Origin: Actinorugispora endophytica
GTDB taxonomy: Bacteria; Actinomycetota; Actinomycetes; Streptosporangiales; Streptosporangiaceae
DNA: 64,000 bases
Direction of reading: 5' to 3'
Assembly (NCBI RefSeq): GCF_004363075.1
Contig: NZ_SNYN01000005.1
Span: 187,696-251,695, forward strand
Made by a program: the position numbers and the translations under genes. Positions 46,376 to 55,479 of the stretch are shown one piece after another; the stretch's first letter is position 1, and each line of letters opens with the position of its first letter. The notes under the pieces were generated by a model. The model did no database searches. It worked only from the letters and a program-made list of their open reading frames with translations, and had not been told where the DNA came from.

Positions 46376-48976
46376 CTACGCGCCCGCCGTCGGAGGGTGT
46401 CTGACCACCTTGTGGATGGTGTCGGCGGCCAGAAGGGCCGGGACCACGCACAGGATGGCGGGCCAGGAGATGGCGGGAGGAGCGGTGCCGCCCAGGTGGC
46501 CGGGCAGCGGGGGGAGGAGAAGGAAGACCGGCAGCGCCAGCAGCCCCGCCCCGAGCGCGGCCGGGAGCAGGGGGTCTCCCGCCCAGGGCACGGTGTCGAA
46601 CGGGTCGGTCTCGCTGCGGCACGCCAGCGCGGTGGCCGCCTGGCCCAGCGCGACCGTGGCGAAGGCGGCTCCCGACGCCGCCGCCAGCAGGGCGGGGCCG
46701 GGGACCGCCCCCCACGTCCAGCCGCCGGTCAGCAGGGCGATGACGAAGGCGAACACGGTGACGGCGGCCGCCAGCGGTCCCAGGACGCCCAGGGACCGCG
46801 CGACCAGTCGCCGGTCGATGAGCGTGGCCCCGGCCGGCGTCCTCCCGCGCATGGCGCGCCGGTCGGGGGGCTCCGCGCCCAGCGCGAGCGCGGTGAGCAG
46901 GCCGGTCCCGAGGTCCAGGGCGAGGATCTGCAGGACGCCCAGCGCGAGCGGGACGGCGCCGCCGGTCAGCGCCCACACGAGGAACGGCGCGAGTTCGGCG
47001 GTGCCCGCCACGAGGTGGTGGGTGAGGAGGCGGCGGACGTTGCCGAGGGCGGCGCGGCCCAACTCGACGGCGGAGACGAGTTCCTGGAGATGGTCGTCGA
47101 GGAGGACGAGGTCGGCCGCCTCCCGGGCGGCGTCCGTACCCGAGGCGCCCAAGGCCACGCCGATGTCCGCCCGGCGCAGCGCGGGCCCGTCGTGGGCGCC
47201 GCCGCAGACCGTCGCCACGACGTGGCCCCGGTGCTGGAGGGCGACGGTGACGCGCAGCCTGTCCTCGGGGGTGGCGCGGGCGACCACGACCCCGTCCCGG
47301 TCCAGCAGCTCGCCGAGGTCCCGCAGGTCGTCGGGTAGCTCCGCGCCGGTCACCACCAGCGGGGGGTCCGCGGCGAGCCCGGCCTCGCGCGCCACGGCGA
47401 GGGCGGTCCCCGGATGGTCGCCGGTCACCAGCGCCGTCCGGACGCCCGCCCGGCGGAAGCGGGCGACGGCGGCGGACGCGCCGGCGCGCGGCGGGTCCGC
47501 CAGAGCGGCCAGCCCCAGCAGGGTGAGGTCCCGTTCGGCGTCGTCGGCGCCGTCGGGAGGGGCCGACGACGGGGCCGCGTCGCGCCGGGCCACGGCCAGC
47601 ACCCGCAGGCCGCGCGCCGTCATCCCGGAGAGCGCGGGCGCCGCGGCGGAGGAGTTCCCGCAGAGCGGCAGCACCGCCTCGGGGGCGCCCGCGACGTGCA
47701 CCGCGCCTCCGGCGACGGCCGACGCCCGGCGCCGGCGCGGGTCGAACGGGTGGCGGCGCGGCACGGGGGGAGCGGAGCGGTCGACCCCCGCTCGGGCGGC
47801 CAGGGCGAGCAGGGCCGCCTCCGTCGGGTCCCCCCTCGGATGCCACCGGTGGTCGGCGGACCGGAACGCCGCGCCGGAGCCGAGCACCGCCGTCTCGGCG
47901 ACCGCCCGGACGGCGGCCAGGGCGGGGGCGCCGCCCGCGAGTCCGCCTCCGGGGGAGTCCACGGCGCCCTCGACCCGCACGGTCCCCGCCGGGGTCCACA
48001 CCTCGATCACCGACATCTCGCCGCGGGTCAGGGGCCCGGTCGTCCCGGTGCAGACGAAGGACACCGAGCCGATCCGCTCCACCGCCTCCGGGCGGCGTAC
48101 CGGCGCGCCGTGCCGGGCCATCCGCCGCGCGGTCCACGTCAGGGACAGCGTCACAGCGGGGAGAAGCCCCTGCGGCACGAGCGCCACGGCCGCGCCGACG
48201 CCGATCAGGAGGCTGTCGGCCGCCGAGGCGCCCAGCGCCGTCGCGACGACGGCGAACAGCACGCCGACCCCCGCCGCGGCCACCGCGACGAGCGCGGACA
48301 GGTCCCGCAGGTCCAGTGTCAGGGGACCGGCCGGGCGGCGGGCCTCGCGGGGCCGGGCGGCGGTCCGGCCGAGCCGGGTCCGCGCGCCCGTGGCGGTCAC
48401 GACGCCCTCGGCCTCCCCCTCGACGACGTACGCCCCCGCGTGCGCGGTCGCGCCGTCGGAGAGGCGCGCGGTGGTGCTCCGGCCGTTCGGCGGCGACTCG
48501 TCGAGGACCAGTGAGTGCGCCGAGGCCAGCCGGACGTCGGCCGCGACGCGGTCGCCCGCCGCGAGGAGCACGACGTCGCCGACCACCAGCTCGGCGGCGT
48601 CGACGAAGGCGCGCCGCCCGTCCCGGACCACGGCGGCCGCGGCGGGCGGCACGCCGCGCGGGTGCCGCGCGGCCCGGGCCGCGCGGTATTCCAGGACGAA
48701 CGCGAGCAGACCGTTCGCGACGACCACCACCGCGATGACCGCCGCGACGCGGGGCAGTCCGCCGACGAGCACCAGCAGCGCGGCGCCCCACAGCAGAAGG
48801 GCGAAGAGGCGGGTGAACTCACCCGCCAGCAGTGTGAACGGGACGGGCCACCGGGGAGGCGGCAACGCGTTCGGGCCGTCCCGGCGCAGCCGTTCGGCGG
48901 CCTCGGCGCCGGTCAGACCCGTGCGCGCGGATTCCGGTGGCCCCGCTCCGGGATCAGCCCCCGCGTCGTGCGCCAT
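46376..48976 (-). CDS. P-type ATPase paralog (type-II-like architecture) with degenerate catalytic motifs; a possible pseudo-enzyme
   Basis: Cation_ATPase_N (GLTGAEAAERLRRDGPNALP), about 10 TM segments and TGD (LVTGDHPGTA) are present. However, the TGES position reads LDESPP, DKTGT reads CTGTTGPLT with no Asp, and GDGVNDAPAL reads GGAHDGPAL. The long frame is continuous. Confidence 0.7.
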   Translation of the reverse strand: MAHDAGADPGAGPPESARTGLTGAEAAERLRRDGPNALPPPRWPVPFTLLAGEFTRLFALLLWGAALLVLVGGLPRVAAVIAVVVVANGLLAFVLEYRAARAARHPRGVPPAAAAVVRDGRRAFVDAAELVVGDVVLLAAGDRVAADVRLASAHSLVLDESPPNGRSTTARLSDGATAHAGAYVVEGEAEGVVTATGARTRLGRTAARPREARRPAGPLTLDLRDLSALVAVAAAGVGVLFAVVATALGASAADSLLIGVGAAVALVPQGLLPAVTLSLTWTARRMARHGAPVRRPEAVERIGSVSFVCTGTTGPLTRGEMSVIEVWTPAGTVRVEGAVDSPGGGLAGGAPALAAVRAVAETAVLGSGAAFRSADHRWHPRGDPTEAALLALAARAGVDRSAPPVPRRHPFDPRRRRASAVAGGAVHVAGAPEAVLPLCGNSSAAAPALSGMTARGLRVLAVARRDAAPSSAPPDGADDAERDLTLLGLAALADPPRAGASAAVARFRRAGVRTALVTGDHPGTALAVAREAGLAADPPLVVTGAELPDDLRDLGELLDRDGVVVARATPEDRLRVTVALQHRGHVVATVCGGAHDGPALRRADIGVALGASGTDAAREAADLVLLDDHLQELVSAVELGRAALGNVRRLLTHHLVAGTAELAPFLVWALTGGAVPLALGVLQILALDLGTGLLTALALGAEPPDRRAMRGRTPAGATLIDRRLVARSLGVLGPLAAAVTVFAFVIALLTGGWTWGAVPGPALLAAASGAAFATVALGQAATALACRSETDPFDTVPWAGDPLLPAALGAGLLALPVFLLLPPLPGHLGGTAPPAISWPAILCVVPALLAADTIHKVVRHPPTAGA

Positions 48977-49228
48977 GGCCGGCGCGGCGCGGACGGGGCG
49001 CGCCGCGGAGTCGGGTGCGGTGTGCGGGAGCAGCCATCTCGGACCTTCCTTCCGGCCGGTGTCCGTCGTGCCGCCGCGTGGCCGAGAAGCGCGGGGCATC
49101 TCCACTACCCGGGATCGTCCGCGGCTACTCGGGGCCGTCCGGCTCCCCTCGGACCTGCCTGTCCCCGCCCGGGGGTGCCGCGCGGCGCCGGCTCTCGATT
49201 TCAGGGGGAATCACACTTGTTTGGATCC

Positions 49229-49261
49229 GTTAACTACTTTATGATCCATAAAGTAGTTAAC
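49229..49261. promoter_or_regulatory. Perfect 13-7-13 palindromic operator in an AT-rich promoter region
   Basis: GTTAACTACTTTAtgatccaTAAAGTAGTTAAC lies about 25 nt upstream of a GAAGGAG RBS and the ATG of the membrane-protein/regulator operon. Confidence 0.6.
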
Positions 49262-49284
49262 CAGAGCGAAAGAAGGAGTGCGTG

Positions 49285-49713
49285 ATGGCGGAGGAGTCCC
49301 GTCTCTCCCGGGAGGACATCGACAGGGCCGAGCGGCTGCGTGTCCGGACGGCCGCCGCCGGACGGTGGTACAGCGGGTACCTGGTCGTGGTCGGTCTGCT
49401 CTCGGCGGCGCTGGTCGTCGCGGTGGAGGCGTTCTTCCCCGACGGCCCCGCCCGCTTGACGGCCTGTGGGGTGTGGTTCCTGGTGGCGCTCGCGGCCGGC
49501 TGGTGGGCCGAGACCCGCCAGGTGCGCCCGCGAGGGGCGACACGCTTCTTCACGGCCGCCGGAGTGGTATGGCTCGTCGGCTACCTGCTGCTCGTCGGCC
49601 CGCTGGTGCGCTGGCGGTTCGACGACTCGCTCGTGGCGTGGAGCCTGGCGTCCGCGGCGCTGTCGCTGCCCTTCGCCGCGGCCGCGCTGTGGATGCGGGG
49701 GAGGAACCGGTGA
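49285..49713 (+). CDS. Small 4-TM membrane protein (hypothetical)
   Basis: GAAGGAG RBS and 4 hydrophobic helices. The stop overlaps the next gene's GTG as GTGA. Confidence 0.5.
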   Translation: MAEESRLSREDIDRAERLRVRTAAAGRWYSGYLVVVGLLSAALVVAVEAFFPDGPARLTACGVWFLVALAAGWWAETRQVRPRGATRFFTAAGVVWLVGYLLLVGPLVRWRFDDSLVAWSLASAALSLPFAAAALWMRGRNR

Positions 49714-50069
49714 GTCATTTGCGACGTGAGCTGGACCAGGTCATCCACTCGCCGGTGCGGTTCTCGATCGTCGCCGCGCTCACCTCGGTGGAACGGGCCG
49801 AGTTCGGCTACATCCGCGACATGGTCGAGATCAGCGACTCCTCCCTGTCGCAGCACGTCACCACGTTGGAGAAGGCGGGCTACCTGAAGGTCGTCAAAAC
49901 CCAGGCGGGGCGGCGCGCCAAGACCTGGATCGGCCTCACCCCGCAGGGCAGGGCGGCGTTCCGCAACCACGTGGCCGTGCTCAACCGGATCGCCGAGGCC
50001 GCGCCGACGGAGCCCGCCGGTGACGGGGGCGGTACGGACCCCGAGGACGGCGGACGGCCGTCGCGCTGA
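49710..50069 (+). CDS. Winged-helix transcriptional regulator (HTH_34/ArsR-MarR-like)
   Basis: HSPVRFSIVAALTSVERAEFGYIRDMVEISDSSLSQHVTTLEKAGYLKV is a wHTH. The gene is translationally coupled to the upstream membrane protein. Confidence 0.6.
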   Translation: MSHLRRELDQVIHSPVRFSIVAALTSVERAEFGYIRDMVEISDSSLSQHVTTLEKAGYLKVVKTQAGRRAKTWIGLTPQGRAAFRNHVAVLNRIAEAAPTEPAGDGGGTDPEDGGRPSR

Positions 50070-50113
50070 CGCGGGATCCGCACCGCCGGGGCGGGGCCGG
50101 GCGGCCGCCCGGC

Positions 50114-50752
50114 TCAGTCCTCGCTGTGGTGGACGGTGATCGACTCCAGGACGACGTCGTGGGACGGGCGGTCCGAGGAGTCGGTCGGGATCGCCGAGAT
50201 GGCGGCGACCACGTCGTGGCCGGACTGGTCGGCGACCTCGCCGAAGACGGTGTGCAGCCCGTCCAGGTGGGGGGTCGGCGCGGACGTGATGAAGAACTGC
50301 GACCCGTTGGTGTCGGGGCCCGAGTTGGCCATGGCCAGCCTGCCGGGCTCGTCGAACGTCAGGCCGGGGTCGATCTCGTCGGGGAAGGAGTAGCCGGGGC
50401 CTCCCATGCCGGTGCCCAGCGGGTCCCCGCCCTGGATCATGAAGTCGGGGATGACGCGGTGGAAGACCGTCCCGTCGTAGAACCGGTCCGATCCGGTCTC
50501 GGGGTTGGTGGCCTTGCCGCCCTCGGCCAGCCCGACGAAGTTGGCGACCGTCTCGGGCGCCTGCTCGGGGAACAGCACGACCTCGATGTCGCCCTCGCTG
50601 GTGTGCAGTGTCGCCCCCGTGACATCGGGGACCGGTACGGACGAGCCGCCGGAGGTCTGGGGCGGCGGGGCGTCCTGGGACTGGCAGGCCGTCGCGGCGA
50701 GGAGAACGGTGCTGAGCAGGCCTGCCGCCGCGGTCGTGGCGAAACGGTTCAT
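50114..50752 (-). CDS. Cyclophilin-type peptidyl-prolyl isomerase lipoprotein
   Basis: Lipobox (LAATAC), [31 protein letters not shown]. Confidence 0.8.
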   Translation of the reverse strand: MNRFATTAAAGLLSTVLLAATACQSQDAPPPQTSGGSSVPVPDVTGATLHTSEGDIEVVLFPEQAPETVANFVGLAEGGKATNPETGSDRFYDGTVFHRVIPDFMIQGGDPLGTGMGGPGYSFPDEIDPGLTFDEPGRLAMANSGPDTNGSQFFITSAPTPHLDGLHTVFGEVADQSGHDVVAAISAIPTDSSDRPSHDVVLESITVHHSED

Positions 50753-50980
50753 CGTGGGTGTTCTCCGGCTGGTGGGGATCGTCCGAGCCCCCACAGGGTA
50801 GCGCCACGAACGCGGACCGCAGCGACCGCACCCGCCGGCCGTGTCGTCCCCGGCCCCGGAAGCGGGGGCCCCGGGGAGGACGGCCCGCCGGGCCCCGGTC
50901 GGGGAGGAGCCGTCGGGCCCGCCGCCGCCCGCCGCAGTCGTCGTCCGGGACGGGCCGCCCGGGCCTCCTCCGGGCGGTCG

Positions 50981-51274
50981 TCAGCCGCCCGCGACGGAGG
51001 GCAGCACCCGGATCTCGGCCCCTTCCCGGACCGGGGTGTCCAGACCGGACACCGCGCGGCACTCGTCGTCGTCCACGAAGACGTTGACGTAGCGCCGCAG
51101 GCGGCCCCGCTCGTCGCGGAGGCGCCGGTCCAGGCGCGGGTGGCGGAGCGCGAGCTCGTCCAGGACGTCGCGCAGCCGGGCGGTCCCGTCGGCGCCGCCC
51201 AGCGGTATGTCGATCCTCGCCGCCCCGCTGGACTCGACGCGGAGCACCTGCGGGAGGAACACGGTCACAGTCAT
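50981..51274 (-). CDS. MoaD/ThiS-family ubiquitin-like protein ending in Gly-Gly
   Basis: 97 aa with a beta-grasp-like pattern and the C-terminus ...IRVLPSVAGG. Confidence 0.65.
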   Translation of the reverse strand: MTVTVFLPQVLRVESSGAARIDIPLGGADGTARLRDVLDELALRHPRLDRRLRDERGRLRRYVNVFVDDDECRAVSGLDTPVREGAEIRVLPSVAGG

Positions 51275-51397
51275 GGCGCCGGCCCGTCTCTCCTGAGTGG
51301 TTTCGGGTGGGTGGGAGGCCCCCGCCGCGCGCTGCTCCGCGCGGCGGGGCTCTTTCCTGAAGGGTGGTCGGGCCCGGAGCGATCTGAGGGACACCGT

Positions 51398-52498
51398 CTA
51401 GACCTCGATCGCGCGCACGCACAGGACGTCGGGCAGGTGCGCGGCGACCTGCCGCCACTCCGCGTCGTCGTCGGTGGTCACGTAGACGTCCCCCGACCGG
51501 GTGCCGAAGTAGAACCCCGGAACGTCCGCGCCGTCGGTGCAGGCGCCGTCGCGCAGCACGATGCCGAAGTAGGGGTCGGCGGGAAGCCCGCCGTTCACGG
51601 GCCGCCAGGTGGCGCCGCCGTCGTCGGTGCGGTGAACCTGCAGCCGGTTGCCGGGCGGAAGGTGCACCGCCTCGCTGACCACCGGGAAGTTCAGCGCCGT
51701 GCCGGGGGCGTGCGGGTGCGCGACCAGGGCGAACCCGAAGTCGCTGGGCAGCCCCTCGGCGATGGACTCCCAGCCGGAGGCCGGGTCGGCGCTGCGGTAG
51801 ACGCCGTGGTGGTTCTGCGCGTAGAACCCGCCGTCGGCGGCGACCGCCACCTTGTGGACGCACTGCCCGTACTCGGGGGTCTCCTCGGGCAGGAACGTGG
51901 TGGTGATGCCCCGGTTCGCGGGGGACCACGTCCTGCCGTCGTCGCGGGTCTGGTAGACGCCGCCGGTGGACATGGCCACGGTCATGGCGAGCGGGTCGGT
52001 CTCGGCGGCGCGGACCCTGCCGGGCAGCACGGTGTGGATGGCCGCGCCGCCGGCGCCGGGGAACCAGTTGGCCCGGTGCGGGTGGTCCCACAGCGCCCGG
52101 ACCAGTTCGAAGCTCTCCCCGCCGTCGGCGGACCGGAACAGCGCGTGCGGCTCGACCCCGGCGTACACGGTGTCCGGCTCGTCGCCGAAGGCGAACTGCC
52201 AGACCCGGGCGAACGAGTCCTCGACATCGGGGGGAAAGGCGATCGGCGCCGCGTCCGGTTCGCGCCAGGTGGCCCCCAGGTCGTCGCTGGACCACACGCT
52301 GGGGCCGAAGTGCGAGCTCTCGGCCCCGACCAGGATCCGGCGGTTGTGCGGGTTGACGCCGACCGCGTACACCGCCGCGACGTTGATGTGGTCCTCGGAG
52401 TCGAGCCGGAGCGGGCCGCTGACCTCCCAGCCGCGACGGTCGTCGCTGATCGCGCGGAAGAGCCCCTTGCGTGTGCCGATGACCAGGAGAAAAGCCAT
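51398..52498 (-). CDS. BNR/Asp-box repeat (sialidase-like beta-propeller) protein
   Basis: Repeated SxDxGxTW Asp-box motifs (SSDDLGATW, TRDDGRTW, RTDDGGATW, SADGGESF). Confidence 0.65.
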   Translation of the reverse strand: MAFLLVIGTRKGLFRAISDDRRGWEVSGPLRLDSEDHINVAAVYAVGVNPHNRRILVGAESSHFGPSVWSSDDLGATWREPDAAPIAFPPDVEDSFARVWQFAFGDEPDTVYAGVEPHALFRSADGGESFELVRALWDHPHRANWFPGAGGAAIHTVLPGRVRAAETDPLAMTVAMSTGGVYQTRDDGRTWSPANRGITTTFLPEETPEYGQCVHKVAVAADGGFYAQNHHGVYRSADPASGWESIAEGLPSDFGFALVAHPHAPGTALNFPVVSEAVHLPPGNRLQVHRTDDGGATWRPVNGGLPADPYFGIVLRDGACTDGADVPGFYFGTRSGDVYVTTDDDAEWRQVAAHLPDVLCVRAIEV

Positions 52499-52708
52499 GA
52501 TCGCCTCCGAGGTTGACGGGTACCGACACTGTGACACACGGCTACGACAATTCCGCCTCGTGCCGCTGCCCCGCTTTCCGGGGCCGCGCTCGGGAGGGGC
52601 CGCCGCGCGGGTCCGCCGCCCGCAGGGGGCCGGGGGGATACCGTGGATGGCCCCGCACCGGTCGGAACCGGTCGAGCCCCGGGAACCGCGGAGACGGGAG
52701 ACGACGCG

Positions 52709-53947
52709 ATGCTGCGGCGAACCACCATCACGACCGTTCTCAGGCGGGCGCTGCTCGGCCTGCTCGCGGCGCAGGTCGCGGTGGTCGTCGGCCTCGTCGG
52801 CATCGACACCTGGCGCAAGCGGATCCGTCCCGGACGGGTGGAGTTCCCCACGACCGAGCCGACGGACATCCCGGTCGGCGAGACGGTCGTCACGCCCTAC
52901 ACCTACGGCGAGCACCTCTACGCCGACATGCTCGACGCGATCCGGTCCGCGCGGCACCGCATCCTGCTGGAGTCGTTCATCTTCAAGGGCGACGAGGTGG
53001 GGAAGGAGTTCAAGCGCGCGCTGATCGACGCCGCGGACCGGGGCGTCGAGGTCTTCGTGATCTACGACGGGTTCGCCAACCTCGTCGTGCGGCCGTCCTT
53101 CTTCCGGTTCCCGCCCTCGGTGCACGTCATCCGCTACCCGGTGATCCGGCCGGGGCTCCTGCTGCTGAACGTGCGCAAGTCCGGCCGCGACCACCGCAAG
53201 ATCCTGACCGTGGACGGCGGGATCGGGTTCGTCGGCGGCTACAACATCGGCTCGGTGTACGCCACGGAGTGGCGGGACACGCACCTGCGGCTGGTCGGAC
53301 CGGCGGTGTGGGAGCTGGAGAACGCGTTCTCCGACTTCTGGAACTCCAACCGGGGGAGCGGGCAGCCGCGGCTCGACGACGTGGGCACCGAGCACTGGAA
53401 CGCGCGGATCCGCGCGCACCGCAACGTGCCCGAGGTGCTCATCTACCCCATCCGCGCGATGTACCTGGAGGCGATCGACCGGGCCAGGGACCACATCTAC
53501 ATCACCCAGGCGTACTTCATCCCCGATCGCGAGATCCTGGGCGCCCTGGTCGCGGCGGCCCGGCGCGGGGTGGACGTGCGAATCCTGGTCCCCGAGTACT
53601 CGAACCACGTCGTGGCGGACTGGCTGTCACGCGGCTTCTACTCGGCGCTGCTGCGCGGGGGCGTGACCCTGCTGCTGTTCCAGGAGGCCATGGTGCACGC
53701 CAAGACCGCCACCATCGACGGCCAGTGGAGCACGGTCGGCACCGCCAACGTCGACCGGTTGAGCCTCACCGGGAACTACGAGATCAACGTGGAGGTCTTC
53801 GACAGAGAGGTCGCGGCCCACCTCGAGGGGGTCTTCGCCAACGACAGCACCAACGCGCGCCGGTTGACGGAGGAGGAGTGGCGCCGCCGCCCGTTCGTGG
53901 CCAAGTTCAGCGAGACGGTCCTCGTCCCCTGGCGGCCCTTTCTCTGA
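52709..53947 (+). CDS. cls: Cardiolipin synthase/phospholipase D family with 2 HKD motifs
   Basis: HRKILTVDG and HAKTATIDG HKD motifs, with N-terminal TM segments. Confidence 0.8.
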   Translation: MLRRTTITTVLRRALLGLLAAQVAVVVGLVGIDTWRKRIRPGRVEFPTTEPTDIPVGETVVTPYTYGEHLYADMLDAIRSARHRILLESFIFKGDEVGKEFKRALIDAADRGVEVFVIYDGFANLVVRPSFFRFPPSVHVIRYPVIRPGLLLLNVRKSGRDHRKILTVDGGIGFVGGYNIGSVYATEWRDTHLRLVGPAVWELENAFSDFWNSNRGSGQPRLDDVGTEHWNARIRAHRNVPEVLIYPIRAMYLEAIDRARDHIYITQAYFIPDREILGALVAAARRGVDVRILVPEYSNHVVADWLSRGFYSALLRGGVTLLLFQEAMVHAKTATIDGQWSTVGTANVDRLSLTGNYEINVEVFDREVAAHLEGVFANDSTNARRLTEEEWRRRPFVAKFSETVLVPWRPFL

Positions 53948-54128
53948 CCGGGTTCCGCGTCGAAGCCCTCGATGCTCTTGACGCCATCGCCCCACGAAAC
54001 GGACGTCGCAGGGCGTTGACGTCGAGATCACCGAAGGCGGCGGTGCGAATCCGGCGGTCGAACCTCGGCGAGGCCCGCCGGGCGGGGGGCCGGGAACGCC
54101 CGGCCCCCTCGGCCCACCGGCGGACACG

Positions 54129-54449
54129 TCACCGCGGCGGCATCCCGCGGTTCGTGGCGGGCGAACTGCCGTGGGCCTGCTTGCCCTTGCGCAGTCCGAG
54201 CAGCCCCAGGAGCCCGAGCAGCCCGAGCAGGCCCCACAGGCCCCAGTCGCCGTTGTCGTCCTCGTTCTCGCCGGTGTTGGTGTTGGTGTTGCCGGGGGTC
54301 TGCTGCGCCAGGTCCGCGCCCGGGGCGTGGACGGCCGAGGAGACCGCCGCCCGGTCCGCCGTCGTCGTGTCCGCCGAGGCGGAGGCGGTGGCGAGCGGGG
54401 CGATTACCAGGGAAACGGCCAGACCGAATGCGACAAGAAGCTTTCTCAT
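54129..54449 (-). CDS. Small secreted acidic protein with a C-terminal WGLWGLLGLLGLLGLLGL hydrophobic anchor and basic tail
   Basis: Signal peptide (MRKLLVAFGLAVSLVIAPLATASA), a Thr/Asn/acidic middle region, then a hydrophobic segment followed by RKGK. There is no LPXTG. Confidence 0.4.
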   Translation of the reverse strand: MRKLLVAFGLAVSLVIAPLATASASADTTTADRAAVSSAVHAPGADLAQQTPGNTNTNTGENEDDNGDWGLWGLLGLLGLLGLLGLRKGKQAHGSSPATNRGMPPR

Positions 54450-54739
54450 GACTCCCCCGAAGTGTGGGAACAGTTCTCGGTTGCGCCTTTTGGCGTTTTT
54501 GGACCCTATTCGAGTCTCCTGTTCCTGGTTTCCCCAGGTCGGAGGGGTAAACCTGATTCTGTTGGCGTTGGATAAAGAATTGGTCGGCTCCCCCGGGGGG
54601 ACGGCGTGTCGCGGTGAGGGGGCGAATCGGTTCTTTGTCTTTTTGGATTTCTTTCTCTTTCCGTGGCGAAGGGGTGGCGCGTCCGGCGGCGGGCGGGACG
54701 CGCCCCCGCGTCCGGGACCCCTCGCGGTCGCGCTAGTCT

Positions 54740-54766
54740 ATGACCGTAAGAACCAAAACGGTCATG
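54740..54766. promoter_or_regulatory. Putative TetR operator palindrome
   Basis: ATGACCGTaagaaccaaaACGGTCAT lies immediately upstream of the TetR start. Confidence 0.5.
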
Positions 54767-54774
54767 GAGTTCGC

Positions 54775-55479
54775 ATGGTACGAGCGGGGGCGGAGCGGTC
54801 GGGGCGGATCCTCGACGCGGCGGCGGAGCTGATCGCCCGGTACGGATACGGCAAGACCAGCGTCAGCGACATCGCGCGGACCGCCGGGATCGCCAAGGGC
54901 GCGGTCTACCAGGAGTTCGAGAGCAAGGAAGCGGTCCTGGAGGCCCTGCTGGCCCGCCAGACCGAGCGCCTGGCGCGGGCGGCGACCGAGGCCGTGCTGG
55001 CGGACCCGGAGGGCGGACGGCTGTCGGCCGTCTACCGGCACACGCTCCGCGCGCTCGCCGCGGACCCGCTCATGCGGGCGCTGTACACCGCGGACAGCCG
55101 CGTCCTGGGCGACGTCGTGCGGGGACGCGGTCCCGACCGCTACGCTCCCCGGCAGCGCTGGGCGGTGGAGTTCGTCGCGCGCATGCAGGAGGCCGGACTG
55201 GTCCGGGGCGACCTGGACGCGGCCGCCGTCGCGCACGTGCTCGCCGTCATCTCGACCGGGCTGATCACCGTCGGGTCCGCCGTCGGCTCCGAGGCGGCCC
55301 CGCCCCTGGAGGCCACCATCGAGGCGATCGGCGCCCTGGTCGCGGGCGGCTTCGAGGGCGACCCCTCCGCCGACCCGGCCGAGGGCCGGCGCGCCTTCAC
55401 CGGCCTCGTCACCGGTGTCTTCCCCGGCTCGGGAACCGAGCCGTCCGCCCCTTCGACGGGAACTGAGGCCGGCCCGTGA
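54775..55479 (+). CDS. TetR-family transcriptional regulator
   Basis: N-terminal HTH reads GYGKTSVSDIARTAGIAKGAVYQEFESKEAVL. Confidence 0.8.
   Translation: MVRAGAERSGRILDAAAELIARYGYGKTSVSDIARTAGIAKGAVYQEFESKEAVLEALLARQTERLARAATEAVLADPEGGRLSAVYRHTLRALAADPLMRALYTADSRVLGDVVRGRGPDRYAPRQRWAVEFVARMQEAGLVRGDLDAAAVAHVLAVISTGLITVGSAVGSEAAPPLEATIEAIGALVAGGFEGDPSADPAEGRRAFTGLVTGVFPGSGTEPSAPSTGTEAGP

Noticed and set aside
46173-49244. 872-aa and 944-aa ORFs overlapping the P-type ATPase locus
   Set aside because: These are antisense or off-frame to the ATPase frame, which carries the recognisable P-type architecture; Arg/Gly/Pro-rich.
49581-52529. 982-aa minus-strand ORF and 796-aa plus-strand ORF over the PPIase, MoaD and BNR loci
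   Set aside because: They span several independently supported genes in wrong frames; no motifs.
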